From positions 2,304,190 through 2,368,189 of the forward strand of contig OZ244071.1 in NCBI GenBank assembly GCA_965215555.1: a stretch of 64,000 nt of DNA. The letters run 5' to 3'. The first letter of the stretch is position 1. Each line of letters begins with the position of its first letter. The stretch is from Dehalococcoidia bacterium. GTDB lineage: Bacteria; Chloroflexota; Dehalococcoidia; Bin125. Of this stretch, positions 54,606 to 63,705 are shown in pieces. The notes under the pieces are model-generated. The model made no database searches. It was given only the letters and a program-made list of their open reading frames with translations, and had not been told where the DNA came from. A program made the translations under genes and the position numbers.

Positions 54606-54899
54606 ATGATGACGCATCGGTCCGAAACACAGCGAGTCCTGTCGGCGGAAACCATTGACGAGATCACGCGGCTTTCCGGCGGTGTACGACCGAGCTCGAA
54701 CTGGCTACGTCTGTACTGCGACGGTTTGGTCCGCCCTCCCTACAAGGGCAAGGCAAACCGGAAGCGGTTTGCAGAACTAGCTCCTCCAATCGACGTCTCG
54801 TGGTCAAATGACGACTTGTTGCAAGCGCTCGGGCGCTTGGCTTCGATGTCCAGCCGCCAATCGATTGAGCGTTTGACCCTGTGCGCTGAACGCGCCTAG
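54606..54899 (+). CDS. Small hypothetical protein (paralogue B)
   Basis: GAGGGA precedes the ATG. Core WLRLYCDGLVRPPY...PPIDVSWSNDDLLQALGRL. Confidence 0.6.
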   Translation: MMTHRSETQRVLSAETIDEITRLSGGVRPSSNWLRLYCDGLVRPPYKGKANRKRFAELAPPIDVSWSNDDLLQALGRLASMSSRQSIERLTLCAERA

Positions 54900-54950
54900 C
54901 CTCTGTTCGTATTGCACACCTGAAACTCATCAGAGGCTAGGAGCGCGCAC

Positions 54951-55865
54951 ATGGGACACCTCGATGGCAAGGTGGCGTTGGTCACCGGCGGAGCCGGCGG
55001 AATGGGATCGCATATCTGCCGAGTGTTTGCCGAGGAAGGCGCGTCGGTCGTCGCCTGTGACACCGGTTTCGACGTCGAAGGTCGTGCGGGGATGGATCCC
55101 TCAAAGATCCAGGCCGTGGTCGATCAGATCATCGCCAATGGTGGTCAGGCGACGGCGGTCGCCGGCGACATCGCCGACATGGACACGGCAGAGCGGGCGG
55201 TCCAAACAGCAATCGAGACCTACGGCGACCTCGACATCCTCGTCTGTGCTCACGGCATCCTGCGCGAGCGCATGGTCTTCAACATGACCGAGGAAGAGTG
55301 GGACGAGCTGGTCCGCATCCACCTCAAAGGTTGCTTCGCGCCGACCAAGTTCGCTGCTATCCACTGGCGAGCTAACCGCGACAAGGGCAACCGGCGGATC
55401 ATCTACTTCACGTCCTCGGCAGGGGTGCGCGGCGAGGCTGGGCAGCCAAATTACTCGGCGGCACACGCTGGCAAGATCGGGTTGTCGCTGTCCAACGCCG
55501 AGGCGCTAGGTCGCTACGGCGCGACCTCGAACTGCATCTCACCCGGCGCGTCGACCCGCATGACCGATCGCGGACGGGGCGTGGACCAATCGGCGGATGC
55601 TCCCAGCGCCTCGGCGACTGGCACCGCCATGGATCCGAACAACGTCACGCCAGTCGTGACATTTCTGGCATCGGACGCAAGCGCCGAGATCAGCGGTCGT
55701 GTGGTGGGAACGACGGGCAACAAGATCACGATCTGGAAAGAACCCGAGTGGGACCAGACGATCTGGAACGTCGAACCGTACTGGGACATCGACACCTTGT
55801 TTGCCCTCATGCCACAGACGCTTGAGGTGCAGGGAGTCGGCCCGCCGCCGCGTCAGTTCCCATAG
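54951..55865 (+). CDS. Short-chain dehydrogenase/reductase (paralogue 1)
   Basis: LDGKVALVTGGAGGMG, GILRERMVFNM, GQPNYSAAHAGK, TRMT. Confidence 0.92.
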   Translation: MGHLDGKVALVTGGAGGMGSHICRVFAEEGASVVACDTGFDVEGRAGMDPSKIQAVVDQIIANGGQATAVAGDIADMDTAERAVQTAIETYGDLDILVCAHGILRERMVFNMTEEEWDELVRIHLKGCFAPTKFAAIHWRANRDKGNRRIIYFTSSAGVRGEAGQPNYSAAHAGKIGLSLSNAEALGRYGATSNCISPGASTRMTDRGRGVDQSADAPSASATGTAMDPNNVTPVVTFLASDASAEISGRVVGTTGNKITIWKEPEWDQTIWNVEPYWDIDTLFALMPQTLEVQGVGPPPRQFP

Positions 55866-55926
55866 CACCCAACTCCGAGACCATCGACAGTCTCTGTGAG
55901 ACGTTTTGAGTGAGGAAGTGGGAATC

Positions 55927-56850
55927 ATGACAAAGCACTTGGATGGCAGAATTTGCATCATCACCGGTGGAGCCGGCGGTATCGGTTCGAATCTCTGCCG
56001 CGTCTTCGGCGAGCAGGGAGCAAAAGTCGTCGTCGCCGATACCGGCTTCGACGTCGAAGGCCGATTCGGCATGGACGCGTCCAAAGTTGATGCGATCGTG
56101 GCAGAAATTCGAGACGCCGGCGGCGAAGCCGTCCCCTTTGTGGGCGACGTCGCCGACATGGACACCGCCGAGCGGATGATCCAGACCGCGTTGGACGAGT
56201 TCGGCGGGCTCGACGTGCTCGTCTGCGCTCACGGCATCCTGCGCGAGCGAATGATCTTCAACATGCTCGAAGAAGAATGGGATGGCCTGGTTCGTGCACA
56301 CCTCAAGGGCTGTTTCGCGCCAACCAAGTTCGCCTCGATCTACTGGCGCGCCAACCGTGAAGGTCAGAATCGGCGGATCATCTACTTCACCTCCGACGCT
56401 GGCATCCGCGGCTCGGCAGGTCAGCCCAACTACTCGGCGGCGCACGCAGCCAAGCTGGGGCTGATGCGATCCAACGTCGGCGCGCTCTCGCGCTATGGCG
56501 TCACGACCAACTGCATTGCCCCTGGCGCATCTACGCGCATGACCGACCGCGGCCGCGGCGTGGAAGCGTCCGGACCGGCGCCGTCAGAATCGGCGGCAGG
56601 AACGGCTCGCGACCCCAAGAACGTCGCGCCGATCGTGGCCTGGCTCGCCTCGGACCAATCCGATGCTGCCAATGGACGCGTGTTCGGTGCGAGCGGACAC
56701 CGCATCTCGCTGTTCTCCGAACCAGTCCTGGAGCGCTACCTGCACTTCGACGACAACCGCATCGAGATCGACACACTGTTTGATGTCTGGCCACACACGC
56801 TGGGCGCCGGAGGATTCCCCCGCAACAGCATCCGGCCGGGATTGGTCTAG
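55927..56850 (+). CDS. Short-chain dehydrogenase/reductase (paralogue 2)
   Basis: TGGAGGIG, GILRERMIFNM, GQPNYSAAHAAK, TRMT. Start ATG 55927. Confidence 0.92.
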   Translation: MTKHLDGRICIITGGAGGIGSNLCRVFGEQGAKVVVADTGFDVEGRFGMDASKVDAIVAEIRDAGGEAVPFVGDVADMDTAERMIQTALDEFGGLDVLVCAHGILRERMIFNMLEEEWDGLVRAHLKGCFAPTKFASIYWRANREGQNRRIIYFTSDAGIRGSAGQPNYSAAHAAKLGLMRSNVGALSRYGVTTNCIAPGASTRMTDRGRGVEASGPAPSESAAGTARDPKNVAPIVAWLASDQSDAANGRVFGASGHRISLFSEPVLERYLHFDDNRIEIDTLFDVWPHTLGAGGFPRNSIRPGLV

Positions 56851-56931
56851 GTTCCCGCAACGTTCGCTGGCAGTTGCAGCAGCAGGTGTCCGATCATAGG
56901 CTAGCTCCGCACCTGGAGAAGAGACGCCGCG

Positions 56932-57918
56932 ATGGTGCGGTCCGCTACCTGTGTGTTCCTGGGACTAGTCGCCTTGGTAGCGACCACCGCAATTGCGTGC
57001 GGAAGCGACGGCCCCGACAGTGACACCCTGCTGGTGGTGACCACAGTCGCGCCGCTGCGCAACATCATCGAAGAGGTAGGCGGAGACCGGATCGAAGTCG
57101 TCGGACTGGTTCCTGAAGGTGTCAACAGTCACACATACGATCCACCTCCATCTGCTGTCGGCGAAATCGAGAAAGCAGACCTGATCGTCATCAACGGCCT
57201 CAACCTTGAGTTACCAACGCTGGAGTTGGCAGAAGCCAATCGCAACGGCGATACGACAATCCTGCAGCTTGGCAACGAGGCGGTCTCGCCCGAGGACTAC
57301 ATCTACGACTTCTCATTCCCCAGGGCAGGGGGTAACCCCAATCCCCACCTCTGGACTGCGCCTCATCTGGCGGTGCGCTACGCGGAGATCGTCCGCGACG
57401 CCCTGATCGATCTCGACCCAGACGGCCGCGCCTACTACGAGACCAACACCGAGCGGCTGAGCGACCGCCTCTGGGAGTTGGATGAAGCCATCACTCAAGC
57501 AACGATGACGATTCCCGAGGCCCACCGCAGGTTGATTACGTATCACGACTCGTTCCCCTACTTCGCGCCTCGATACGGACTGGAAGTCATCGGCGCCATT
57601 CAACCCTCCGACTTTTCACAGCCGTCGCCGCGAGAGGTGGCGGAGCTGATCGAACAGGTCAAAGGCGCGGGCGTGCCAGCCATTTTTGGTTCAGAGGTGT
57701 TCCCGTCTGAAGTTCTACAAACAATCGCCAACGAAGCCGGTGCCATTCAAGTCTCTACGCTGTCCGACGACGATCTGCCCGGCGAACCAGGGGACACAGG
57801 CAATACCTTGGTGGGGATGATGGTTGAGAACGTCCGGACCATGGTCACCGCGCTTGGCGGAGACGCCTCGGCGCTCGACGGATTTGATACAGGCAGCACA
57901 TGGCAAGCGTCCCAATAG
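56932..57918 (+). CDS. Zn/Mn ABC transporter substrate-binding lipoprotein (TroA/ZnuA/MntC family)
   Basis: Lipobox AIAC; metal ligands NSHTY, NPHLW, YHDSF and a terminal Asp cluster. Confidence 0.93.
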   Translation: MVRSATCVFLGLVALVATTAIACGSDGPDSDTLLVVTTVAPLRNIIEEVGGDRIEVVGLVPEGVNSHTYDPPPSAVGEIEKADLIVINGLNLELPTLELAEANRNGDTTILQLGNEAVSPEDYIYDFSFPRAGGNPNPHLWTAPHLAVRYAEIVRDALIDLDPDGRAYYETNTERLSDRLWELDEAITQATMTIPEAHRRLITYHDSFPYFAPRYGLEVIGAIQPSDFSQPSPREVAELIEQVKGAGVPAIFGSEVFPSEVLQTIANEAGAIQVSTLSDDDLPGEPGDTGNTLVGMMVENVRTMVTALGGDASALDGFDTGSTWQASQ

Positions 57919-58742
57919 GGGAACTGGTCCGACTCGACGGCGTCGCCCTGGGTTACGACGGTGAAGTGGCGCTGCGCGATGTCAATTTGCGGATTGCGCC
58001 CGGAGAACTGATCGGAATCGTTGGCCCCAGCGGCTGCGGCAAGACAACGCTGTTGCGATCGCTCCTGGGTGAAACCGAGGTGTACGCCGGCGATGCATCG
58101 GTGGCCGACAACACCAGGGTCGGTTACGTCCCCCAGGTGGAAACGGTCGACTGGAATTTCCCAATCACCGTCGAGCAGGTCGCGATGCTCGGCAGTTGGC
58201 GAACGAGGCGATGGCTGCCCTGGACAAGCCGCGACGAACGCAGCCGCGCACGTGTGGTGCTCTCGCAACTCGGCATCGCCGATCTTGCCGACCGACCGAT
58301 TCGCGCCCTCTCCGGGGGGCAACAGCAACGCACATTCCTCGCACGAGCATTAGTCCGTTCACCAGACCTGCTGCTGCTTGACGAACCGACTTCCGGTGTC
58401 GATATCAAAACCCGGCACGAAATCCTGCATCAGTTGGCGACGCTCAATCACGCTGGCGCCACCGTCGTCCTGACGACACATGACCTCAACGGAGTCGCGT
58501 CACACTTGCCCCGTCTGATCGCCCTGGGCGAACAGACGGTGCTGGCCGACGGCCCGCCGGAGGAAGTGTTGCAACCGCCCATTCTCGAGCGTGCCTACGG
58601 TCAGCCAATGCTCGTGGTGCAGAGCGGTCATGAGACGTACGTCTTGCCGGTGCCAGAAGAAGCGCCCGGAGCGCATGAGGAACCATTGGTGCCGCCCCAC
58701 GTCGTCAATGTCATCGGACGGCCGGACGCCGACGATGCTTGA
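57900..58742 (+). CDS. Zn/Mn ABC transporter ATP-binding protein
   Basis: GPSGCGKT, VGYVPQ, LSGGQQQR, LLLDEPTSGVD, TTHDL. Confidence 0.93.
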   Translation: MASVPIGELVRLDGVALGYDGEVALRDVNLRIAPGELIGIVGPSGCGKTTLLRSLLGETEVYAGDASVADNTRVGYVPQVETVDWNFPITVEQVAMLGSWRTRRWLPWTSRDERSRARVVLSQLGIADLADRPIRALSGGQQQRTFLARALVRSPDLLLLDEPTSGVDIKTRHEILHQLATLNHAGATVVLTTHDLNGVASHLPRLIALGEQTVLADGPPEEVLQPPILERAYGQPMLVVQSGHETYVLPVPEEAPGAHEEPLVPPHVVNVIGRPDADDA

Positions 58743-59604
58743 GCCGTTCGAGTTCGGCTTCATGCAACGGGCGATGATCGCCGCCACGCTGGTCGGTGGC
58801 GTCACGGCGGCAGTCGGTGTGTTTGTCATCCTCAGGCGTCTGGCCTATATCGGACACGGCCTGGCCCACAGCATCTTCGGCGGCGCCGTGGTCTCTTTCA
58901 CGATTGGATTCAACTTTTTTCTCGGCGCCAGCATCTGGGGCGCGTTCTCCGTCTTTCTGATCAACCAGGCCGCACGACGCCGGCAGATCGGTGGCGACGC
59001 CGCCATCGGCATCATCACCACCGCTGCCTTCGCCATCGGCATCGCCGTGATTTCCCGAGCTCGCAGTTTCACCCGCGACTTCGAGGCTGCCCTGTTCGGC
59101 GAGATTCTCGGCATCACCAACCAGGACCTGTACGTCACGACCGGCATGATCGTGCTGATCGCTCTGGTGCTCTTCCTGCTCTGGAAGCCATTGGTCTTTA
59201 TCACCTTCGATCACGATGTGGCCACGTCCTACGGGATTCCCGTGCGCTGGGTCGAGGCGGTGTTTTCGCTTGCCCTGGCAGCCACGGTCGTCGCCGCGCT
59301 TCAGGTGTTGGGTGTCACCCTGATTGCCGCCGCCCTCGTCATTCCGCCTGTCGTCGCGAGAATGATGACCGATTCATTCCCGCGACTCTTTCTGATCGCA
59401 GTCGTGCTGGGTGCGCTCACAGGATTCCTCGGCGTGTACATCTCCTGGTTTGTCGATGTGTCCTCAGGGGCGACCGTCGTTCTGGTCCAGGCAGCCGTGT
59501 TTGCCCTGACCCTCGGATGGGGTGTCCTCGAGTCACGACGAGGACTGAGCGCCGCTCGGCGCGCCGAACGGCTCGCCGGTCTGGAGCGCTCGCTCAACGA
59601 CTGA
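58735..59604 (+). CDS. Zn/Mn ABC transporter permease (ABC-3)
   Basis: PFEFGFMQRA, GHGLAH, DAAIGI, LFGEIL, VGVTLIAA. Start ATG 58735. Confidence 0.93.
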   Translation: MLEPFEFGFMQRAMIAATLVGGVTAAVGVFVILRRLAYIGHGLAHSIFGGAVVSFTIGFNFFLGASIWGAFSVFLINQAARRRQIGGDAAIGIITTAAFAIGIAVISRARSFTRDFEAALFGEILGITNQDLYVTTGMIVLIALVLFLLWKPLVFITFDHDVATSYGIPVRWVEAVFSLALAATVVAALQVLGVTLIAAALVIPPVVARMMTDSFPRLFLIAVVLGALTGFLGVYISWFVDVSSGATVVLVQAAVFALTLGWGVLESRRGLSAARRAERLAGLERSLND

Positions 59605-59661
59605 ACGAGTGGCTACAGTCAACACAGATTGATCTCTGCGATCGCTCCAAAGATTTGACAC

Positions 59662-62421
59662 ATGCCCAGCCAATCCGGTTCTTCACCTGCGGATCTGTTC
59701 GATGAAGCTCCGCCGCATTTTGACCTGGCAGCACTGGAAGAGGGACAACCTCCGCTCGACCAACCCACGCTCGAGCGAGTCACCCAGACGTTGGCCGAGA
59801 TCGAGGGACGAGTTGACGGCGGCTGGTTGACCGATTGGCCGTCGCCCGCCGCTCAGGAGACGCCTCCACCGCTTGTCCTTGAGTCCCCTCCGGCAGCGCT
59901 GCTTACGGACATCGAGACGCGCCCGCCATCGACGGCTCCCGCAGCGGAATCAACCGAATCAGCCGAACCTCCCGATCTGGTGGGACTGTCCGAGGCCGAG
60001 GTCGCACAACGCATCGCCAACGGGCGAGTGAATCGGGATTCATCCAAGCAGCGCTCCGACATCGATGTCATCGTTTCCAACGTCTTCACCTACTTCAACC
60101 TGATCCTCTTCGGACTAATCGGAGTCTTGCTCGTCCTGGCAGTGACGGAACAGAAGACCGATCACCTGCAAGACGCCGCATTCGTCGGCATGGTTGTGCT
60201 GGCCAATGTGCTGATCGGCACATTCCAGGAGCTGCGTGCGACTCGTAAGTTGCGGCAGCTCGTGGCGCTGACCGCTCCCAAGGCGACCGTTGTACGGGGA
60301 GGATTCGAGCGCGAGGTCTACGCCATCGACGTCGTCGAAGATGATCTGCTCGTCTTGCGCAGCGGCGATCAAGTCGTGGCGGATGGACCCGTCGTCTGGG
60401 ACCAGGCAGAGATGGATGAGTCGATTCTCACGGGCGAGACGAGCTCTGTGCGGCGCGGCCGCGGCGACGAACTCGAATCAGGCGCATTCTGCGTCGGCGG
60501 CTCGTGCTACTACCGCGCTGCGCGAGTCGGTGACCAGTCCCGAGCGATCCGCGAGACCCGCGACGCTCGAGAGCTCAAGCGCACCGAAACACCGCTGCAA
60601 CTCCGCTTCAAACGAATCCTCGATGGACTGATTGTCGGCACGGCGATCCTGGCGCTGCTAATCCTGATCTCGTTTCTGATCACCGGACGGGAGTTCGATG
60701 AAGCGGTCAGAGCGACGATCGCGACCACCACCTCCGTCGTGCCCGAAGGCCTCATGCTCGGATTCACAGTCGCATTCGCCGTCGGCGCGCTGCGTGTGTC
60801 GCGCATGGGCGCCATCGTCCAGGACAACACCGCCGTCGAAGCGCTGAACTATCTCGACACCATCTGTCTCGACAAGACCGGCACCATCACTGCAAATCGG
60901 CTGAGAGTCGACGATGTGCGGTGGGCGCCCGGCGGCCGCGCCCTCGCCGGCTGGCTGGGAGCGTTTGCCGTGTCGACATCGGCGAACAACAAAACAGCCG
61001 AAGCGCTCTCCACGGCGTTCACAGCGCAATCCAACGGAGCGCAACTCGTCGACAACGAACCATTCAACTCCGAGCGGCGCTGGAGCGCAGCTCGCCTGCG
61101 CCTCGGAGACGAGGAGCGAGTGTTCGTGCTCGGTGCGCCGGAACGTCTGCTCCGCGCGACATCGCCCTCCGCCGGCGACGGCCAGTCCGAGTTGCTCTCC
61201 GAGTATGAGACTGCCGCCGAGCGTGGGTTGCGCGGAGTCGTCTTTGCCGAGGCGGCAGCGATGCCGGATGCAGAGACCGATTCGCTGCCATCCTTGCGGA
61301 TTGTTGCGTTGATCACGGTCGCCGACGAACTGCGCGCAGAGATCGCCGACGCATTCCGCATGATGGCTGATCTGGGCATCGAGCCGAAGATCATCAGCGG
61401 AGACAATCCTGCCACAGTCGCAGCGCTGGTCCAGCAGCTGGGCGTTCAGCTCCCCGGTGGACTGATCACCGGAACCGCCCTGGAACGGCTCAGCGAGGAC
61501 GAGTTCGCCGATGCAGTTGAGGAAAACTCTGTGTTCGGCCGGATCGCGCCGCAACAGAAAGAGGAGATCATCTCCGCCCTGCAGGACAACGGTCACTACG
61601 TGGCGATGGTCGGAGACGGGGCGAACGATGTCCGGGCCTTACGCAAGGCAGACGTTGGTGTTGCGATGGAATCGGGCGCCAACACAGCCAAGGGCGTGGC
61701 ATCGATCATCTTGCGCAACGACTCATTCGAAGCGTTGGTGCGTGGATCGGCCATCGCACAGAGCGTGCTTGGCAATGCGTCGCAACTCTCGAAGCTGTTC
61801 GTCACCAAGAGCTTCTACGCCTTCCTGATTATCTTCATCTCCAACATGATGAGCCTCGAGTTCCCATTCCTGCCTCGCCACGGCTCGTTGACCGCGCTGT
61901 TCACGCTGGGCGTTCCCGCCGTATTCATCACGCTCACCCGACCACCCAGGTCGGCCGGTCGCAACTTTCTCTCTTCAACGATGCGATTTGCCATCCCTGC
62001 CTCGCTGGCATTGGCGGTCGCAGCGGTTTCCGTCCATCTGCTCACCGAAGGCATCCTTGGCCGACCTGTCGAAGACGCGCGCACCCTGGTCTCGGCCACG
62101 ATTGGGATTGTCGGACTTGCCTACATGGTTGAAGTGATCGGCTTCGAAGGCGCGACACGAGACAACCTCATGCGTCCGGTACTGGTGACCTTCTTCGGTC
62201 TGGCGCTACTGGGTGTGTTCATCCTGACCCTCTACACGCCGCCGCTGAGAAACTTCTTCGACTTCTCACCGCTCTCGGCGGCCGAGTGGGCAATCGTGAT
62301 CACGGCCGTCGCCGCCGCCGTCGCTGGCAAGTGGGTACTCTCGACATACGCAGCACAGATCATGAGACGCCTCACCGGTCAGGCCTACGAAGAACTCGCC
62401 TCCCGCGGCCGAGCGCAATAG
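59662..62421 (+). CDS. P-type ATPase (HAD-IC, CtpE-like) with Pro-rich N-terminal extension
   Basis: GLSEAEV, DESILTGET, VPEGL, DKTGT, SGDN, GDGANDV. Confidence 0.92.
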   Translation: MPSQSGSSPADLFDEAPPHFDLAALEEGQPPLDQPTLERVTQTLAEIEGRVDGGWLTDWPSPAAQETPPPLVLESPPAALLTDIETRPPSTAPAAESTESAEPPDLVGLSEAEVAQRIANGRVNRDSSKQRSDIDVIVSNVFTYFNLILFGLIGVLLVLAVTEQKTDHLQDAAFVGMVVLANVLIGTFQELRATRKLRQLVALTAPKATVVRGGFEREVYAIDVVEDDLLVLRSGDQVVADGPVVWDQAEMDESILTGETSSVRRGRGDELESGAFCVGGSCYYRAARVGDQSRAIRETRDARELKRTETPLQLRFKRILDGLIVGTAILALLILISFLITGREFDEAVRATIATTTSVVPEGLMLGFTVAFAVGALRVSRMGAIVQDNTAVEALNYLDTICLDKTGTITANRLRVDDVRWAPGGRALAGWLGAFAVSTSANNKTAEALSTAFTAQSNGAQLVDNEPFNSERRWSAARLRLGDEERVFVLGAPERLLRATSPSAGDGQSELLSEYETAAERGLRGVVFAEAAAMPDAETDSLPSLRIVALITVADELRAEIADAFRMMADLGIEPKIISGDNPATVAALVQQLGVQLPGGLITGTALERLSEDEFADAVEENSVFGRIAPQQKEEIISALQDNGHYVAMVGDGANDVRALRKADVGVAMESGANTAKGVASIILRNDSFEALVRGSAIAQSVLGNASQLSKLFVTKSFYAFLIIFISNMMSLEFPFLPRHGSLTALFTLGVPAVFITLTRPPRSAGRNFLSSTMRFAIPASLALAVAAVSVHLLTEGILGRPVEDARTLVSATIGIVGLAYMVEVIGFEGATRDNLMRPVLVTFFGLALLGVFILTLYTPPLRNFFDFSPLSAAEWAIVITAVAAAVAGKWVLSTYAAQIMRRLTGQAYEELASRGRAQ

Positions 62422-62486
62422 GCAAGCCTCCGCCAAGCCGGCGATCGCACGCAGGAATCACGCAAGTTGAACAGTAGGAACCTGAC

Positions 62487-63545
62487 CTAAACGCCGTACA
62501 ACTCCGCCAGCTCGGGATCCTTTTCAGCCAGCATGTCGGCCAGATCGAGCAACACCTGGCACTGTTTGTACGTCGCGTCGTCCTGCATCTTGCCATCGAC
62601 GACAGCCACGCCGCCCGAGCCTCCGGCCTCCTGCATCGCAGCCACAACGCGGCGCGCAAACGACACCTCATCGGGGTTAGGTCTGAATACGGACTTGGCA
62701 ATCGGAATCTGGTTGGGATGCAACGTCCAGGCGCCGACGCAACCAAGGATGAACGACGCGCGGAACTGATCCTCGCAGCCAACCGGGTCAGAGAAGTCGC
62801 CGAAGGGTCCGTAGAACGGGTAGATCTCGTTCGCTGCGCAAGCGTCAATCATCCGCGCCAACGTGTAATGCCACGGATCCTGGACGTAGGAAGTCCGCGC
62901 TGCCGACTCATCTTCGGGATCAGCGTCGGTGCGCACGACGTATCCAGGGTGCGGACCACCAACGCGCGTCGTCTTCATCCGACGCGACGCCGCCAGGTCC
63001 GACGGTCCCAGGCTCATCCCCTGCAGTCGCGGACTTGACTGAGCGATCGCTTCAACATTCGACACACCCTGCGCCGTCTCAAGGATGGCATGAATCAGGA
63101 TCGGTCGCGTCAAGCCGTTTCGAGCCTCAAGCTGCGCCAGCAGCAGATCGAGGAATCGAATCTCTTCCGGACCATTCACCTTGGGCAGCATGACGGTATC
63201 GAGCACGTCGCCGATCTCTGCCGTCAGCTCCAGCATGTCGTCGAGGAACCAGGGACTGTCAACCGCATTGACCCGGGTCCACAGCTTCGTCGCGCCCAGT
63301 TCAAGCGTCTGGCCAACCGTGATCAGCCCGGCTCTCGCTGCTTCTTTGGCAGTCGGCGGAATCGCATCCTCGAGATTGCCGAGCAAGATGTCAACGGTCG
63401 GCGCAAGCTGCGGCAATCGGTTGAGAATCCGCTCGTTGGACGGATCGAAAAAGTGGATCATCCGCGACGGATACGTCGGAATGTCGGTCGGAGGATTCGG
63501 CGCGCCCAGCACGAGCGGCCGCAGAAACTGGCGAGGTGTTGGCAT
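62487..63545 (-). CDS. mcl: Malyl-CoA/beta-methylmalyl-CoA lyase (CitE superfamily)
   Basis: HFF, GNLEDAIP..KEAAR, RVNAVDSPW, LETAQG, SLGPSDLAASRRMKTTRVGG, FYGPFGD, DGKMQDDAT. Closely recalls Chloroflexus Mcl. Confidence 0.88.
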   Translation of the reverse strand: MPTPRQFLRPLVLGAPNPPTDIPTYPSRMIHFFDPSNERILNRLPQLAPTVDILLGNLEDAIPPTAKEAARAGLITVGQTLELGATKLWTRVNAVDSPWFLDDMLELTAEIGDVLDTVMLPKVNGPEEIRFLDLLLAQLEARNGLTRPILIHAILETAQGVSNVEAIAQSSPRLQGMSLGPSDLAASRRMKTTRVGGPHPGYVVRTDADPEDESAARTSYVQDPWHYTLARMIDACAANEIYPFYGPFGDFSDPVGCEDQFRASFILGCVGAWTLHPNQIPIAKSVFRPNPDEVSFARRVVAAMQEAGGSGGVAVVDGKMQDDATYKQCQVLLDLADMLAEKDPELAELYGV

Positions 63546-63593
63546 GAGCAGGTCTCCTCTGCGATGCGTAGAGCCTATGGCCGTCCATCACTA

Positions 63594-63633
63594 TGTGCAG
63601 GTAGGTGCAGGTACTCGCAGGTACGTGCAGGCC
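63594..63633. repeat. 10-bp-period direct repeat x4 in the divergent mcl/LLM promoter region
   Basis: TGTGCAGGTA GGTGCAGGTA CTCGCAGGTA CGTGCAGGCC. Confidence 0.85.
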
Positions 63634-63705
63634 ACGCCGGTCATGTCGAGGCTATGATCGCGTAGGCCGTTCTCAACCGGACTGCCGTTCACGAAGGAGA
63701 ACACC

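Noticed and set aside
55984-55993. GGTTCGAATC resembling a tRNA T-loop
   Set aside because: It lies inside the SDR coding frame (GIGSNL), with no cloverleaf or acceptor stem.
56883-56914. CAGGTG...CACCTG inverted repeat before the metal ABC operon as a Zur/DtxR box
   Set aside because: The arms are only 6 bp, GC-rich and 20 nt apart, unlike the AT-rich boxes of those regulators.
13285-63633. Short tandem repeats as CRISPR arrays
   Set aside because: Units are 10-19 bp and directly adjacent, with no unique spacers and no cas genes.
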